A DNA stretch of 61,737 nucleotides, the filler included. It is 8 parts of 8 records of this genome, joined end to end, with 100 filler letters (N's around TTAATTAATTAA, not from the genome) between each part and the next. Parts side by side here need not be neighbours in the genome. Positions count along the whole stretch, not along the records: positions 20,834 to 31,232 come from SRR31147125_82244; positions 31,333 to 42,953 come from SRR31147125_82247; 6 more parts are not named here. One strand, 5' to 3'. The notes beneath the pieces were generated by a model. The model was given only the letters and a program-made list of their open reading frames with translations. It was not told where the DNA came from and did not search any database. A program made the translations under genes and the position numbers. Positions 20,834 to 31,898 of this stretch are shown in pieces (the stretch's first letter is position 1; the number at the start of each line of letters is the position of its first letter).

Positions 20834-22300
20834 AAAACTCTCCAACAGGATATCTTCCCTGGTTTCTTGCAGCCCTTGGAGGGTTTCTCGGGACAAAACA
20901 CCTGTCTTTGCGCTTTGGCAATGAGTTTATAGAACGCAACCTGGAAGATTCCCGGAACAGGCTGGGTAATCTGATACGGCATTGCGAACTTGAGGTTATC
21001 GAACAGGCGGAGCACGGGGATATCTACACCCGGATGACCCTGGATATGAAACGAATCTCCATGATATTTCGTTCGGGTATCAACCTGATCCAGGGGGGGG
21101 CCATATTCTGCGCCATCTGGATCTATTTTTTATTTACCTCGGTAAAAGCCGGGCTATTAATCTGTTCAATAATTTTGATCTATATATTTTTGCAAAAAAT
21201 CATCGACCCTGTGATCAACGGGAAAAACCGCGTTGCCATGGAAAACGAAGCCCGACTATTCACCTTTTTCGAACATGTTATCCAAGGGTTTAAAGAACTG
21301 AGGCAGAATACAAAAAAATCCCGGGATTTCTATGAAAATTATTTACAGCCCCTTGCAAAAAAAGCCACGGCCCGGAGAATTGAAGCCAATGAAAAATTTT
21401 TGGGCCTGGCTGTCAGCACCAACGCCCTTGGCCATCTGTCCATGGGCATGATTATATTTGTGCTTGATTTCGGATCTGCCGATATGACCATGAAGTTATT
21501 TGTCATGTACGGATTTTTGATCCATGCCATTACGGTCATGCTGTCCAACCTGCCCGAGGTCATGGAGGGCAATGTGGCCATTCAAAGGATTTGGGAGCTT
21601 GAAGACCAATTAAAGCCCTATCATAAAAAAGAGCCCGTGGCTGGTTTGGCCAAGACAAAAAATTTCAAAGAAATCAGAATTAAAGACCTTGTGTTTGACT
21701 ATACTGACAAAAACGGAGAGACAACCTTCTCATTAGGCCCTGTCAATTGTACTATCAACCGCGGTGAAATCATTTTTCTTACCGGAGGCAACGGCGGGGA
21801 AAATCAACCTTGCTAAAGTTGATCTCAGGGCTGTACCCACCGCGGTCCGGAAGTATCACCCTGGACATCCCCCTGGCCGCATCAGCGCCCATCAACATCT
21901 TTTTTCAGCCATATTTTCCGATTGCTACCTCTTTGACCGGCTCTACGGCATTGACCAACCCGATGATCAAAAAGTCAAGGAACTGCTCCTTGCCATGGGG
22001 CTTTCCAATAAGGTCCGCTGGGATCCGCCCTCGCTTGCCCACCACGGACTGTCCTCCGGTCAGACCAAGCGACTGGCCTTTATCGTCTCCCTGCTGGAGG
22101 AAAAACCCATCTATATTTTTGATGAATGGGCCGCAGAACAGGACCCTGTTTTCAGAAAGACCTTTTATGAGACTCTGCTTCCCGCCATGAAAGCTGAAGG
22201 AAAAACAGTGATCGCAGCCAGTCATGATGACCGGTATTTTCATGTGGCAGATCAAATTATAAAGTTGGACTACGGCATTCCTGAGGATAATAGATGCTGA
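20834..22300 (+). CDS. cyclic-peptide export ABC transporter (SyrD/PvdE/YojI family), 5'-truncated, two 1-nt frameshifts (~21796 G-run, ~21870 C-run)
   Basis: TM domain with GFKELR; FSLGPVNCTINRGE..GGNG.GKSTL; LSSGQTKRLA; FDEWAAEQDP; SHDDRYF, spread over three frames. Confidence 0.88.
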
Positions 22301-23883
22301 AAGATCTTGTCAGGGAACGCTATCCCCAGGTTAAAAAGTATTGTCTCCTGGTTTTGTGCTATGCCTGCATGGATATCGGGATGCTCATTGTATGCAATAT
22401 GGCCGTTGTCAGGCTCTTTAAAGGGGAGTCCAACGTCAGGCAATTTTTGCTTTTCATCGTGCTGGTGTCTGCTGTGCTGTTTTTTTTAAATACCACGGCA
22501 AAACTGAGTATCCGCATTATTGAAGGGCTTGTCCAGGATTTCAGGGAAGGCATCATAAAGCAGGTGATCCATGCTGAATTGGCATCATTTGAACGCATGA
22601 ATTCCGCGCAAATCTATAATATTCTCACCCGGGAAACCCAGGCCATCTCCTTAATTGCCAATCGATTCATACAGATCTCCAGGGTTTTGATTGTAACCGC
22701 CGGCTATCTTGCCATCCTATTGTTTGTCTACCCCCAGGCCTTTATCTGTGTCTTACTCTGTCTTAGCCTGGGTACAGCCATTTATGCCTGGAGGATCATA
22801 CGGGCAAAGGCTGAGATCACCCGGGCAAGGGAAAAAGAAAAAGAACTTTTCAGCGCCATTCAAGCCTTGCTTTACGGATTTAAGGAGTTGAAAATAAACC
22901 CTGAAAAAAGTGAGGCTTTTTTTAAAGGGGCCTTTGTTGAAACATCCAGGCAAACCCGGGAATCCAGGATCCAGGCGGAAAATGAGTTTGCATTCAGCAA
23001 TGTGTCGGCAAGCCTTGTCCAGTATGCTGTTTTTATTCCCATTCTTTTTATTCTTCCGCTCATTCAGGAGGTTCCCGCCCTGGGATTGATGCTCACGGTG
23101 AACCTGCTGATCTTCACCCCCTTTGATGTTCTAAAGGAGGGAATCCCCTACCTGGTAAGGGCCGGGGTGTCCATTGAGCGGATCATGGCGTTTGAAAAAG
23201 AATTCACCGGGCTGAAAACCGAGGCTCAGGACTTATCAAGCCAAACAGATTTCTCCCATGATATTAAATATGAACATATTAATTTCAGCTATACCGATCC
23301 TCTGGGCACCCCTGTATTTTCCCTGAAGGATATTGATCTGACCATAAACAAAGGGGAAGTCCTTTTTATTGTGGGGGGCAATGGCAGCGGAAAATCAACA
23401 TTGCTCAAAATTATAACCGGGCTTTATTTCCCGCTTTCAGGGGGGATAAAGCAAGACGGTAAAGAGGTTGAATCCGTATCCCTTCGCCCCCTTTTCACAA
23501 CGATTTTCTCGGATTTTCACCTGTTTGACAGGCTATACGGCATTGAGGATCCAGATATTAACAAAGTCAACCAATGGCTTGAGTTAATGCAATTATCAGA
23601 CAAGTTAAGCCTCAGGGATAACAGATTCACCACCCTTGATCTTTCCACAGGCCAGAAAAAACGGCTGGCCATGGTTGCTGCAATCATGGATGACAAGCCC
23701 ATCTATATCTTTGATGAATGGGCTGCAGATCAGTCCCCGGAATTTCGCGACTATTTTTATCGCAATCTTCTGCCCCTGCTCAAATCCCGGGGCAAAACCG
23801 TGATTGCGGTAAGCCATGATGACCGCTACTTTGATGTGGCCGACCGGGTGATCGAGCTGGATTACGGCAAGATCCGAAGATAA
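22294..23883 (+). CDS. cyclic-peptide export ABC transporter (SyrD/PvdE/YojI family)
   Basis: GFKELK, GGNGSGKST, LSTGQKKRLA, family-typical FDEWAADQ, SHDDRYF. Confidence 0.92.
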   Translation: MLKDLVRERYPQVKKYCLLVLCYACMDIGMLIVCNMAVVRLFKGESNVRQFLLFIVLVSAVLFFLNTTAKLSIRIIEGLVQDFREGIIKQVIHAELASFERMNSAQIYNILTRETQAISLIANRFIQISRVLIVTAGYLAILLFVYPQAFICVLLCLSLGTAIYAWRIIRAKAEITRAREKEKELFSAIQALLYGFKELKINPEKSEAFFKGAFVETSRQTRESRIQAENEFAFSNVSASLVQYAVFIPILFILPLIQEVPALGLMLTVNLLIFTPFDVLKEGIPYLVRAGVSIERIMAFEKEFTGLKTEAQDLSSQTDFSHDIKYEHINFSYTDPLGTPVFSLKDIDLTINKGEVLFIVGGNGSGKSTLLKIITGLYFPLSGGIKQDGKEVESVSLRPLFTTIFSDFHLFDRLYGIEDPDINKVNQWLELMQLSDKLSLRDNRFTTLDLSTGQKKRLAMVAAIMDDKPIYIFDEWAADQSPEFRDYFYRNLLPLLKSRGKTVIAVSHDDRYFDVADRVIELDYGKIRR

Positions 23884-26800
23884 AGTTGAGACAGCTTTTT
23901 ATCCGGTGCCGCCGCAATGGCCGCCAGCAAGGCCACAAACCCGTCTTTCATTGAGGCAATTGTCCCCTGACAAAACAGATCAGTGTTATAGACAAAAACA
24001 CCCCTGATTTTGCCCCCCTTTCCTCCACGGAGACATCCAGATCGTATTTTGTGACATTGGAACTGCCCAGATCTAAAATCTCAAATGTCGCATCTGCCAC
24101 CCCAAAGCATTCCCCGAAAGGGCCGATATTGGGGGAGTCAAACACCACCTGGAACAACGGGGGCTGACGCCTGTCCCGTTTGATGCCAAGGCCGTTCAAC
24201 AGCATCTCAAAGGGCAGGTCCTGATGGGCAAAGGCCCCCACCACAGATTGTTTTACCCGGTCCAAAAGGGTGGTAAAGGATGGATCCCCGCTCAGATCGG
24301 TTCTCAGGGGAAGAAGATTCCCGAAAAATCCGATCAATTGCTCAATCTGCCTGTGGTTTCTGTTGGCAATAAGGGTGCCGAGAACCATATCCTCTTTTCC
24401 TGTATAACCCAACATCAGGGTGGCAAAGGCGGCGTGGAGGGTCATGAAAAGGGTTGTACCGGCCTTTTGGCCCAAGGCCTTGATCTTTTGGGCCAGATCC
24501 TCGTCAAGTTCGAAACCCAGTGAATCCCCGTTAAAGGTTTGAACAGGTCCCCGGGGAAAATCTGTGGGCGGTGCAAACAGAGAAGGTGCCCCTTCCAGGT
24601 ACCCTTTCCAAAAGTCAATGTGGGTTTTCAAGCGATCACCGGAGAACTCGTTTTCCTGCCAATGGGCAAAATCCGGATACTGGATGTCAAGATCCGGCAA
24701 GTCCGGGGGGGTGTCCTGGGCAAAGGCGCAATATAATTTTTGGAACTCCTGGAAAAAAATCCCCGAGGACCAGCCGTCAAAAATCAGATGGTGGATGGTG
24801 ATCAAGAGGAGAAATTTTTGGTCTTCCAGACAGAGAATTTTTGCCCGGATAAACGGCCCGCAGGTCAGGTCAAAGGGGGTTTCCACCTCCTGGGAGGCCA
24901 GGCAAAGGGCTGTTTTGTCCGGGTCTTTTTCATTGCGAAGATCTGTCACAGGCAGGCCAAGGGTCAACTCAGGGAACCTGACCTGCACAGGCGGTTTTGC
25001 ATGGGCAATCACCGTTCGCAAGGCCTTATGGCGGGCAATGATTTCATTTAAGGCCCATTTAACCCCCTCAATATCCACATCGCCTGTGATCCGGCAGGAC
25101 AGGGGCACATTATAGGTAAAATTTTTCCCGCCGTCCATGTCACTCAGATACCAGAGGCGCTGCTGGGTAAGGGATAAGGGGCATGGGGTGTGGGAGGCCA
25201 CAGGCAGAATCGGGCAAAAGGCCTCACCCTCCCCGCCGGATGCCCTGCGATCCATCTCCCGCCCCAGCTCCCGGATGGTCGGCAATTCAAATAGTTTTCT
25301 AATGGAAATCCTTGCCCTGAAAACCGCCTCCATACGGGCGACAACAGCCACCGCCAGCAGGGAATGCCCGCCCATGCGAAAGAAATTGTCATGGACGCTG
25401 ATGGTGTCAAGGGTGAGCATCTCTTTCCAGATGCGGCTGATGATTTTTTCAGTTTCATTGGCCGGGCAGACAATGTCATGGGTCCGCATGAGCCCGGCAT
25501 CAGGCAGTGGCAGCGCGCCGCGATCGACTTTTCCATTGGGTGTCAAGGGCAGTGCATCAAGCATGATAAACCCGGCCGGGATCATGTAATCGGGCAAGCG
25601 TTTTTCAAGGAACCTGCGCGCATCATCCGGGGTATGGCTGCTGTTTTCCACCACCAGATAGGCCAAAATCTGTTTATCACCGGACCGGGTTTCATGGACC
25701 ATGATAAAGGCATCCTTGATCTTCGCATGCCCCTCCAATATGCGCTGGATCTCACCCAGTTCAATTCTGAACCCCCGAATTTTCACCTGAAAATCCCCTC
25801 TGCCCACAAATTCAATGGCACCATCGGGCAGGTACCGGCAAAGATCCCCTGTCTTGTAGATCCGGCTGCCGGGAGTGAAGGGATTGGGGATAAAGGCCTT
25901 TTGGGTCAATTCCGGGCGGTTAAGATATCCCCGGGCCAGCCCTGCCCCACCGATGTGAAGCTCTCCTTTAACCCCAATGGGCACGGGAAGCCCGTTTTTA
26001 TCAAGGATATAGCAGACCTTGCTGGCAAGGGGCCTGCCAATGGGAATGGTATTGGCTCTTTCTGGCACATGGGTAATACGGTGCCAGGTGGCATATGTGG
26101 TGGTTTCCGAGGGACCGTACATATGGAGGATATTTTCCGGTGGGGCGGTGTCCAGGATCTGTTTCACCCGCTGGGGATTTACAGCCTCGCCGCCGAACAG
26201 CAAATATCTCAAAGAAGAAAAGGCCCCTGGATTCAACCGGGCGATCTGATTCAAAAGGGCTGTGGTCATAAACAGGATACTGATCCCCCTCTCCCGGACA
26301 CAGGCGGTGAGACGGGAGGGAGACAGGGCGGTTTCCCGGTTGATCCCCACAAGGGCGGCACCGTTTGCAAGTGCCCCCCAGATCTCAAAGGTGGCAGCAT
26401 CAAAGGAAACATTTGAGGCATGGGCAATCCTGTCCTCGGGGGTGATACAAATATAGTCGGTATGGGTTACCAGCGGCGGTAAGGCCCCATGGGGGATGCA
26501 TATGCCTTTGGGTGTCCCGGTGGAGCCTGAGGTATAAATCACATAGGCCAGGTCATCCCAAGCAGCGCAGCGTCCAAGATTTTCCTTTCCTTCCCTGCCG
26601 ATCACCTCCCATTCTCTGTCCGGGCAGACCAGGGTCGCCTGGATCTCAGGCAACAAGGATAAAAACCGGGACTGGGTCAGGACAGCAAAAACCTTTGCAT
26701 CTTCCAGCATAAAGGCAATCCGTTGGGCCGGATATTCCGGATCAACAGGGACATAGGCACCGCCGGCCTTTAAAATTCCCAGAAGACCAACAATCATTTC

Positions 26801-28570
26801 AACGGATCGTTCCATACAGATGGCCACCCGACGGTCAGGTCCGATTCCCAGTCCTTTTAAATGGTGCCCCAATTGATTTGCCCGCTGGTTAAGCTCATCA
26901 TAGGTCCATTGCTGGTCTTCAAAAATAAGGGCAATGGCACCCGGGGTTTTTTTAACCCGGTCTTCAAACAGCTCATGGATGCATTTGTCCGGAGGGCAAT
27001 CCCCCTGGGTGGTGTTGAACCCCATAAGAACTTTATCATGCTCCTCATCTGTGAGGATGGGCATCTTTGATAGGGGGTGTTCCGGGTTTTTCACCATTGC
27101 TTCCAGCAAGACCTTAAAATGAGAGATCATCTGATCAATGGTCTGCTCTTTAAACAGGGCCGTGTTGAATTTAAAGGCACCGGTGAATGCATCCGGGGTC
27201 TGATACACTGCCACCGCCAGATCAAACTGGCCCGTCTGCTGTTCAATGACAAGCCCCTGTGCCTGGTTTTGGTTCAGGGTGATGCCCGGGTGTTTTATCA
27301 AAGAGGTGATTTTTTTATCATACAGGGAAAACGAAGACTGAAACACCGGCGAGATATTGAGAGCGTGCTCTATTTCAAGTCCTTTGCAAATGGAGGCAAA
27401 GGGGTATTTCATATGGGAAATCCCCTGACTTATTGTCTGGCTGATCTGCTCCACTAAGGTGACAAAGTCCAGATCACCTGAAAAATCAGCCCGTATGGGC
27501 AGCATATTGATAAAATATCCTGCAACCCCCTTGAACTCGGGCATGGGCCTGACAGAGGCAGGAATGCCGACCACAATATCGGTTTGGGCTGAATACCGGT
27601 GGAGCAATACGGTGTAAGCCGCCAAAACCGTCCTCAGCAAGGGCTTTTTCAGGGACTTTGAAAGGGAGGTAATCTGTCTGCTTAAACGGCTGTCAATGCT
27701 GAAGTTGCGGGTTTTCCCCTGAAAACGCTGCACAGGGGGTCTGGGGTAGTCAAAGGGCAGGTCAAGGGGGGCCATGGGCCCGGCCAGCTGTTTTTCCCAA
27801 TATGCCCGGTCAAGGGCACCCTGGGAACTGTCCATCCACTGTTGCTGCAAATCAATAAAATCCTTATACGACCGATCCAGTACCGGCAGGTCCAGCTCCG
27901 GCAGATCGGCAGTCCTTCCGGCTTTTGAGTCGTAGATCTTTTGAAACTCGTCCCTGAACATCAAACCGGTGGTTGCATCGTCAATAATGTGATGCTCGGT
28001 CATGATAAGGACATGGTCCCTGGGGCCCCGGCTCAAGAGGAATAACTTGACCGGGATTTCATTTTCCAGGTCAAAGGGGGTGGCATAGGCTTTTTCTGCC
28101 ATCTGTTTCAACTGCCCCAGGTCAGCGCCAGAGGCATCTATGCGTTCCAGAACAGCCTGTTTATAGGCATATACCCGCTGCAGGACACGCCCGTTCCTTC
28201 CGGTAAAGAACAGGGTTCTCAGGCAGGCATGGCGATTGACCAGGGCCTGAAAACTGGCCTCAATGACAGAGGGCTCAACCTTGAAACAAATTTTACAGGA
28301 AATAGGACAGGTGTTATAGGCTGAGGCTTTTGGCGCTGTTTTGTAAATGAACCACAAGGCCTCCTGCGCCGGAGATAAAGGATAGGTGTCTGAAACAAAA
28401 TCCCCCTTTTTCAACCAGGCGACAATCTCTTGTTGAAGTGTGTCAATCCTGTCCCGGTCCGCCACGGTCATGGCCCCATCAGGATCCTTGCAGGTCACAC
28501 CCCCATTTTCATCAATCCATAGATTCACACCCTTTTTTTTCAGGGCTGTCAAATAGTTTTCTATATCCAT
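23862..28570 (-). CDS. non-ribosomal peptide synthetase, TubC_N-type docking domain-C-A-T-C, no thioesterase
   Basis: N-terminal MDIENYLTALKKKGVNLW..EIVAWLK; C1 EHHIIDDA; A-domain YTSGSTGTPKG, FDAAT, YGPSE, YKTGD, KIRGFRIELGEI, NGKVDR; T GGHSLL; C2 HHLIFDGWS. One extra G at the C6 run 24013-24018 gives the canonical C-domain end (VYNTDLF..TI...PDKKLSQL) with a stop at 23862. Confidence 0.93.
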
Positions 28571-28656
28571 CCTGCCTCTCAATGATCCGCCTTTTACAGC
28601 CTGGAGTTTAAATCAAGCCCGCCTAAAACACAGGGCAAATTAGCCTGACCAATACC

Positions 28657-29703
28657 TTAAGCAGATGGGGCCGGATCAGTGTATGAGAATTTGTGTCCCT
28701 GATAATTTCTGAAAACATAGGTGCGATCCTGTCTGGACACGAGGTATTCGGGCAGCAAAGGTATTTTTCCGCCGCCGCCCTGGATATCGATGACAAGGTG
28801 AGGTACGGCCAACCCGGACATCCAGCCTCGAATGCTGTCAATAATGGCCAGGCCTTTATCCAGGGTCGGCCTGAAATGATGGGTGCCTTTAACAATGTCC
28901 GGCATAAAAAGGGTATAGGGTTTGACCCTGATGGTTAACAAATTGCGCACCAGACGCCTCATCACCTCCGGGTCAGTGTTCACCCCGTTTAACAGCACCG
29001 ACTGATTGCCCAGGGGAATTCCGGCATCCGCCAGCATGGCGCAGGCTCTGGTGGATTCTGGTGTGATTTCCCGGGGATGGTTAAAATGTACATTCATGTA
29101 CAATGGATGATATTTTTTAAGCATATGGCACAAATCATCTGTAACCTGCATGGGAGAGACACAGGGCACCCGGGTGCCGATGCGCAGAATATCAATGCTG
29201 GGGATCTCCCTGAGTTTTGCAAGATAGTATTCAAGTCTGTCAACGGGCAGCATGAGCGGATCTCCCCCGGACAGGACCACATCCTTGATCCCAGTGTGTT
29301 CCCTGATATACACCAATGCCCGCTCAAAATTCTCATCGCTTATCTTGACCGGTGCACTGCCGAACCGCTTCCGGGTGCAGAACCGGCAGTTCATGGCACA
29401 GGTATTTGAAATAAGCAAAAGCACCCGGTCCGGATACCTGTGGGTGAGGCCGGGCACAGGGGAATCTCTGTTCTCCTCAAGGGGGTCTTCCTCTCCGGCA
29501 GTCTTTCGGATCTCCTGAATATCCGGCAGGCACTGATTCCAGATACCATCTTCGGTCTCACGAATCAGCCCCAGGTAATAGTCGGTCACCTTTACCGGAT
29601 ACTTTTCAGCCACCGGTGCCATGCGATCCATGTACCCGTCCGGGTTGAATCCGGTGCGTTGAAAAACCGTTTCCATCTTAAGGCATTGATTTGTCCAGCT
29701 CAT
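28657..29703 (-). CDS. KamA-family radical SAM/PLP aminomutase (lysine 2,3-aminomutase-like)
   Basis: THRYPDRVL, CAMNCRFCTRKR, LSGGDPL, RIGTR, HFNHPRE, NQSVLL, PLP lysine in GGGGKIP. Confidence 0.92.
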   Translation of the reverse strand: MSWTNQCLKMETVFQRTGFNPDGYMDRMAPVAEKYPVKVTDYYLGLIRETEDGIWNQCLPDIQEIRKTAGEEDPLEENRDSPVPGLTHRYPDRVLLLISNTCAMNCRFCTRKRFGSAPVKISDENFERALVYIREHTGIKDVVLSGGDPLMLPVDRLEYYLAKLREIPSIDILRIGTRVPCVSPMQVTDDLCHMLKKYHPLYMNVHFNHPREITPESTRACAMLADAGIPLGNQSVLLNGVNTDPEVMRRLVRNLLTIRVKPYTLFMPDIVKGTHHFRPTLDKGLAIIDSIRGWMSGLAVPHLVIDIQGGGGKIPLLPEYLVSRQDRTYVFRNYQGHKFSYTDPAPSA

Positions 29704-29717
29704 CTTTATCTCCGGTG

Positions 29718-31229
29718 CTAAAATGCGGCTTCCATAAAGGCGGGATCAAAATTGGGAAACCGTTTGCCCAGTTTTTTCATCACATCATCATGGGTGCCGA
29801 TTTTTTTGGCCATGGTCGAGCAATAGGTATCCAAGGCTTTGTGATACAGATACTCCAGATCCCTTCTGGTCAGGGTGGCAGTTTCGTAGGCAGGGGCGTT
29901 CCTGCCGTCATAATTGGTAAAATCCGGCTCGGTCCATGTAATATTATACTTTTCTTTTTTCTCATAAAACCGGGTGCCCGGATACCCTACCAGCAGGTTG
30001 ATCTCACTGCAGCTGGACAGATCCTCTGCCAGCCATTGCCCCATGGTATCAATGGTCATATTGGCGGATTCATAGGTTTCAAAGGGTGAGCCCACCAGCC
30101 AATAGGTATGGGTATGGATGCCTTCCTCCCGGGCCATTTCCAGCATTTTAACGGCATCGTCCAACTTATAGCCTTTGCCCATGCGGTTGAGGATGTCCTG
30201 GTTGCCGCTTTCAATGCCCAGGTGCAGACAGACGCACCCGTTATCGACCAGCCGCCGCAGCATATCCCGTGTCACCTTGGGGTTCACCCGGGTCTGGGCT
30301 TCCCAGACAATGCCCTGTCCCAGATTCCCCACCACATCGGCGATTTCAAGGGCCTGGTCAACATTGTGGAAAAAATCATGGGTGCCAAAATAGAAAAACC
30401 GGGTATCCCGATTTTGGGTCAGATAAATGATTTCCTCGGCAAACCGGTCCAGGCGCTGGTTTGACACCGAATGCTTCCAATAATCCGCACACCAGATACA
30501 ATTGTTGGTACACCCAGTGGTCGGGGTGACCCGGGAAATGGGAATCTGAATACGGGGCTCGGGATCCAGTTCCTCCGGGGTAAAATTGTCTTCCAGGTGG
30601 GAATAATCCGGAATGGATAAAATGGTCCGGTCCATTCGGGGACGCTCGGGCCCGGAAACGATTTGTCCGTCTTTACGAAAACTGAGTCCGGGAATCTTTT
30701 CAAAATCGCCGTTGGATTCAATGGCCTTTACCAGGTCAAGGGTGGTCAGTTCCCCCTCTTTTTTCACAATAAAATCAAAGACCGATGTTTCCAGGATTTC
30801 TCTGTCCCGGGCCCAGGCATGGGCACCGCCCAGGGCCAGGGGGATATTGGGATGGGCTTTTTTAACGGCTGCGGCCATGCGGGCGGCGGTATTATAGCTT
30901 GCGGTAATGGCGGAAAAGCCGATCATGTCAAATTCGCCGGCCCGCTGCATCACCTTTTCCAAGAGTTTCTCCTCCCGTTGTGCTTCACGGCCTTTGGGAG
31001 AAATAGAGGCAAAAAACGAGCATTCAATATCGTGGCTTTCCAAAAAGGCAATGAGTTGGAGCAAGCCTAAGTGAACCGGCTCCAACATCCAGAATCTGGA
31101 AAAGTCCTTTTCATCCAGATGCTCAAAAACGGTTAGGGCCCGGTAGGCGAACAGATAAAAATAATATTCCCGCTGTAACTGGCTTAAGGGCACTGCCGGT
31201 ACAGGCGGTGCAACAAAGGCGACTTTCAT
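29718..31229 (-). CDS. cobalamin-dependent (class B) radical SAM enzyme, probable methyltransferase
   Basis: N-terminal B12-binding-type domain (HLGLLQL, IGFSA, LGGAHA, EGE, IPGL) and GCTNNCIWC CxxxCxxC; GIESG; YPGT. Confidence 0.88.
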   Translation of the reverse strand: MKVAFVAPPVPAVPLSQLQREYYFYLFAYRALTVFEHLDEKDFSRFWMLEPVHLGLLQLIAFLESHDIECSFFASISPKGREAQREEKLLEKVMQRAGEFDMIGFSAITASYNTAARMAAAVKKAHPNIPLALGGAHAWARDREILETSVFDFIVKKEGELTTLDLVKAIESNGDFEKIPGLSFRKDGQIVSGPERPRMDRTILSIPDYSHLEDNFTPEELDPEPRIQIPISRVTPTTGCTNNCIWCADYWKHSVSNQRLDRFAEEIIYLTQNRDTRFFYFGTHDFFHNVDQALEIADVVGNLGQGIVWEAQTRVNPKVTRDMLRRLVDNGCVCLHLGIESGNQDILNRMGKGYKLDDAVKMLEMAREEGIHTHTYWLVGSPFETYESANMTIDTMGQWLAEDLSSCSEINLLVGYPGTRFYEKKEKYNITWTEPDFTNYDGRNAPAYETATLTRRDLEYLYHKALDTYCSTMAKKIGTHDDVMKKLGKRFPNFDPAFMEAAF

Positions 31230-31384
31230 CCTNNNNNNNNNNNNNNNNNNNNNNNNNNNNNNNNNNNNNNNNNNNNTTAATTAATTAANNNNNNNNNNNN
31301 NNNNNNNNNNNNNNNNNNNNNNNNNNNNNNNNAAAAAGATTCCTAAGGTGTCTCAAATGCAGAATGTCAGAGCTTAATATTGCA

Positions 31385-31418
31385 AAAAAATCACCATGCC
31401 TGCTGCATGGTGATTTTT
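31385..31418. terminator. intrinsic terminator-like hairpin
   Basis: AAAAATCACCATGC-CTGCT-GCATGGTGATTTTT. Confidence 0.6.
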
Positions 31419-31557
31419 ACTGCGTGCGACACTGCCCAATAAGTTTACTTTCTTTCCACTTAAAAATTCCATATTTCGGGCGAATATGATATAATTAACT
31501 GTATTCCGGGTTTCATGATTGACCCGGCTGGGATTTTCAGCACGAAAGGAGCGTTTC

Positions 31558-31887
31558 ATGAAGAAAGCACGCACATTGATCCCTTATTTGTTTATTATTC
31601 TACTTGCCTTTACCGGCTGCGGCTCTGGGGGCACGTCCGAAGCCGAAGGCACAGACCTTGTCCTGACCATCGAGGAGCTGGCTGAATATGACGGAAAAGA
31701 CGGCAGCCCGGCGTATATCGCCGTGGATGGCGTCATCTATGACGTAACAGACGTTCCGCAATGGAAAAACGGTGATCACAACGGCTTTACAGCCGGTAAT
31801 GACCTGACGGATGAGATTAAAACCATCTCGCCGCACGGCGTTTCCAAGCTGAAAGGCCTTCCCGTTGTCGGCAAACTGGCAGAGTAA
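31558..31887 (+). CDS. cytochrome b5-like heme-binding lipoprotein
   Basis: Lipobox LAFTGC; LTIEELAEYDGKDG..YIAVDGVIYDVT; WKNGDH and SPHG His ligands; AAAGGAG RBS. Confidence 0.85.
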   Translation: MKKARTLIPYLFIILLAFTGCGSGGTSEAEGTDLVLTIEELAEYDGKDGSPAYIAVDGVIYDVTDVPQWKNGDHNGFTAGNDLTDEIKTISPHGVSKLKGLPVVGKLAE

Positions 31888-31898
31888 CAGGTGTCGGT

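Noticed and set aside
25364-26416. 350-aa plus-strand ORF and other long ORFs inside the NRPS
   Set aside because: Antisense shadows of a GC-rich coding region with no recognisable motifs
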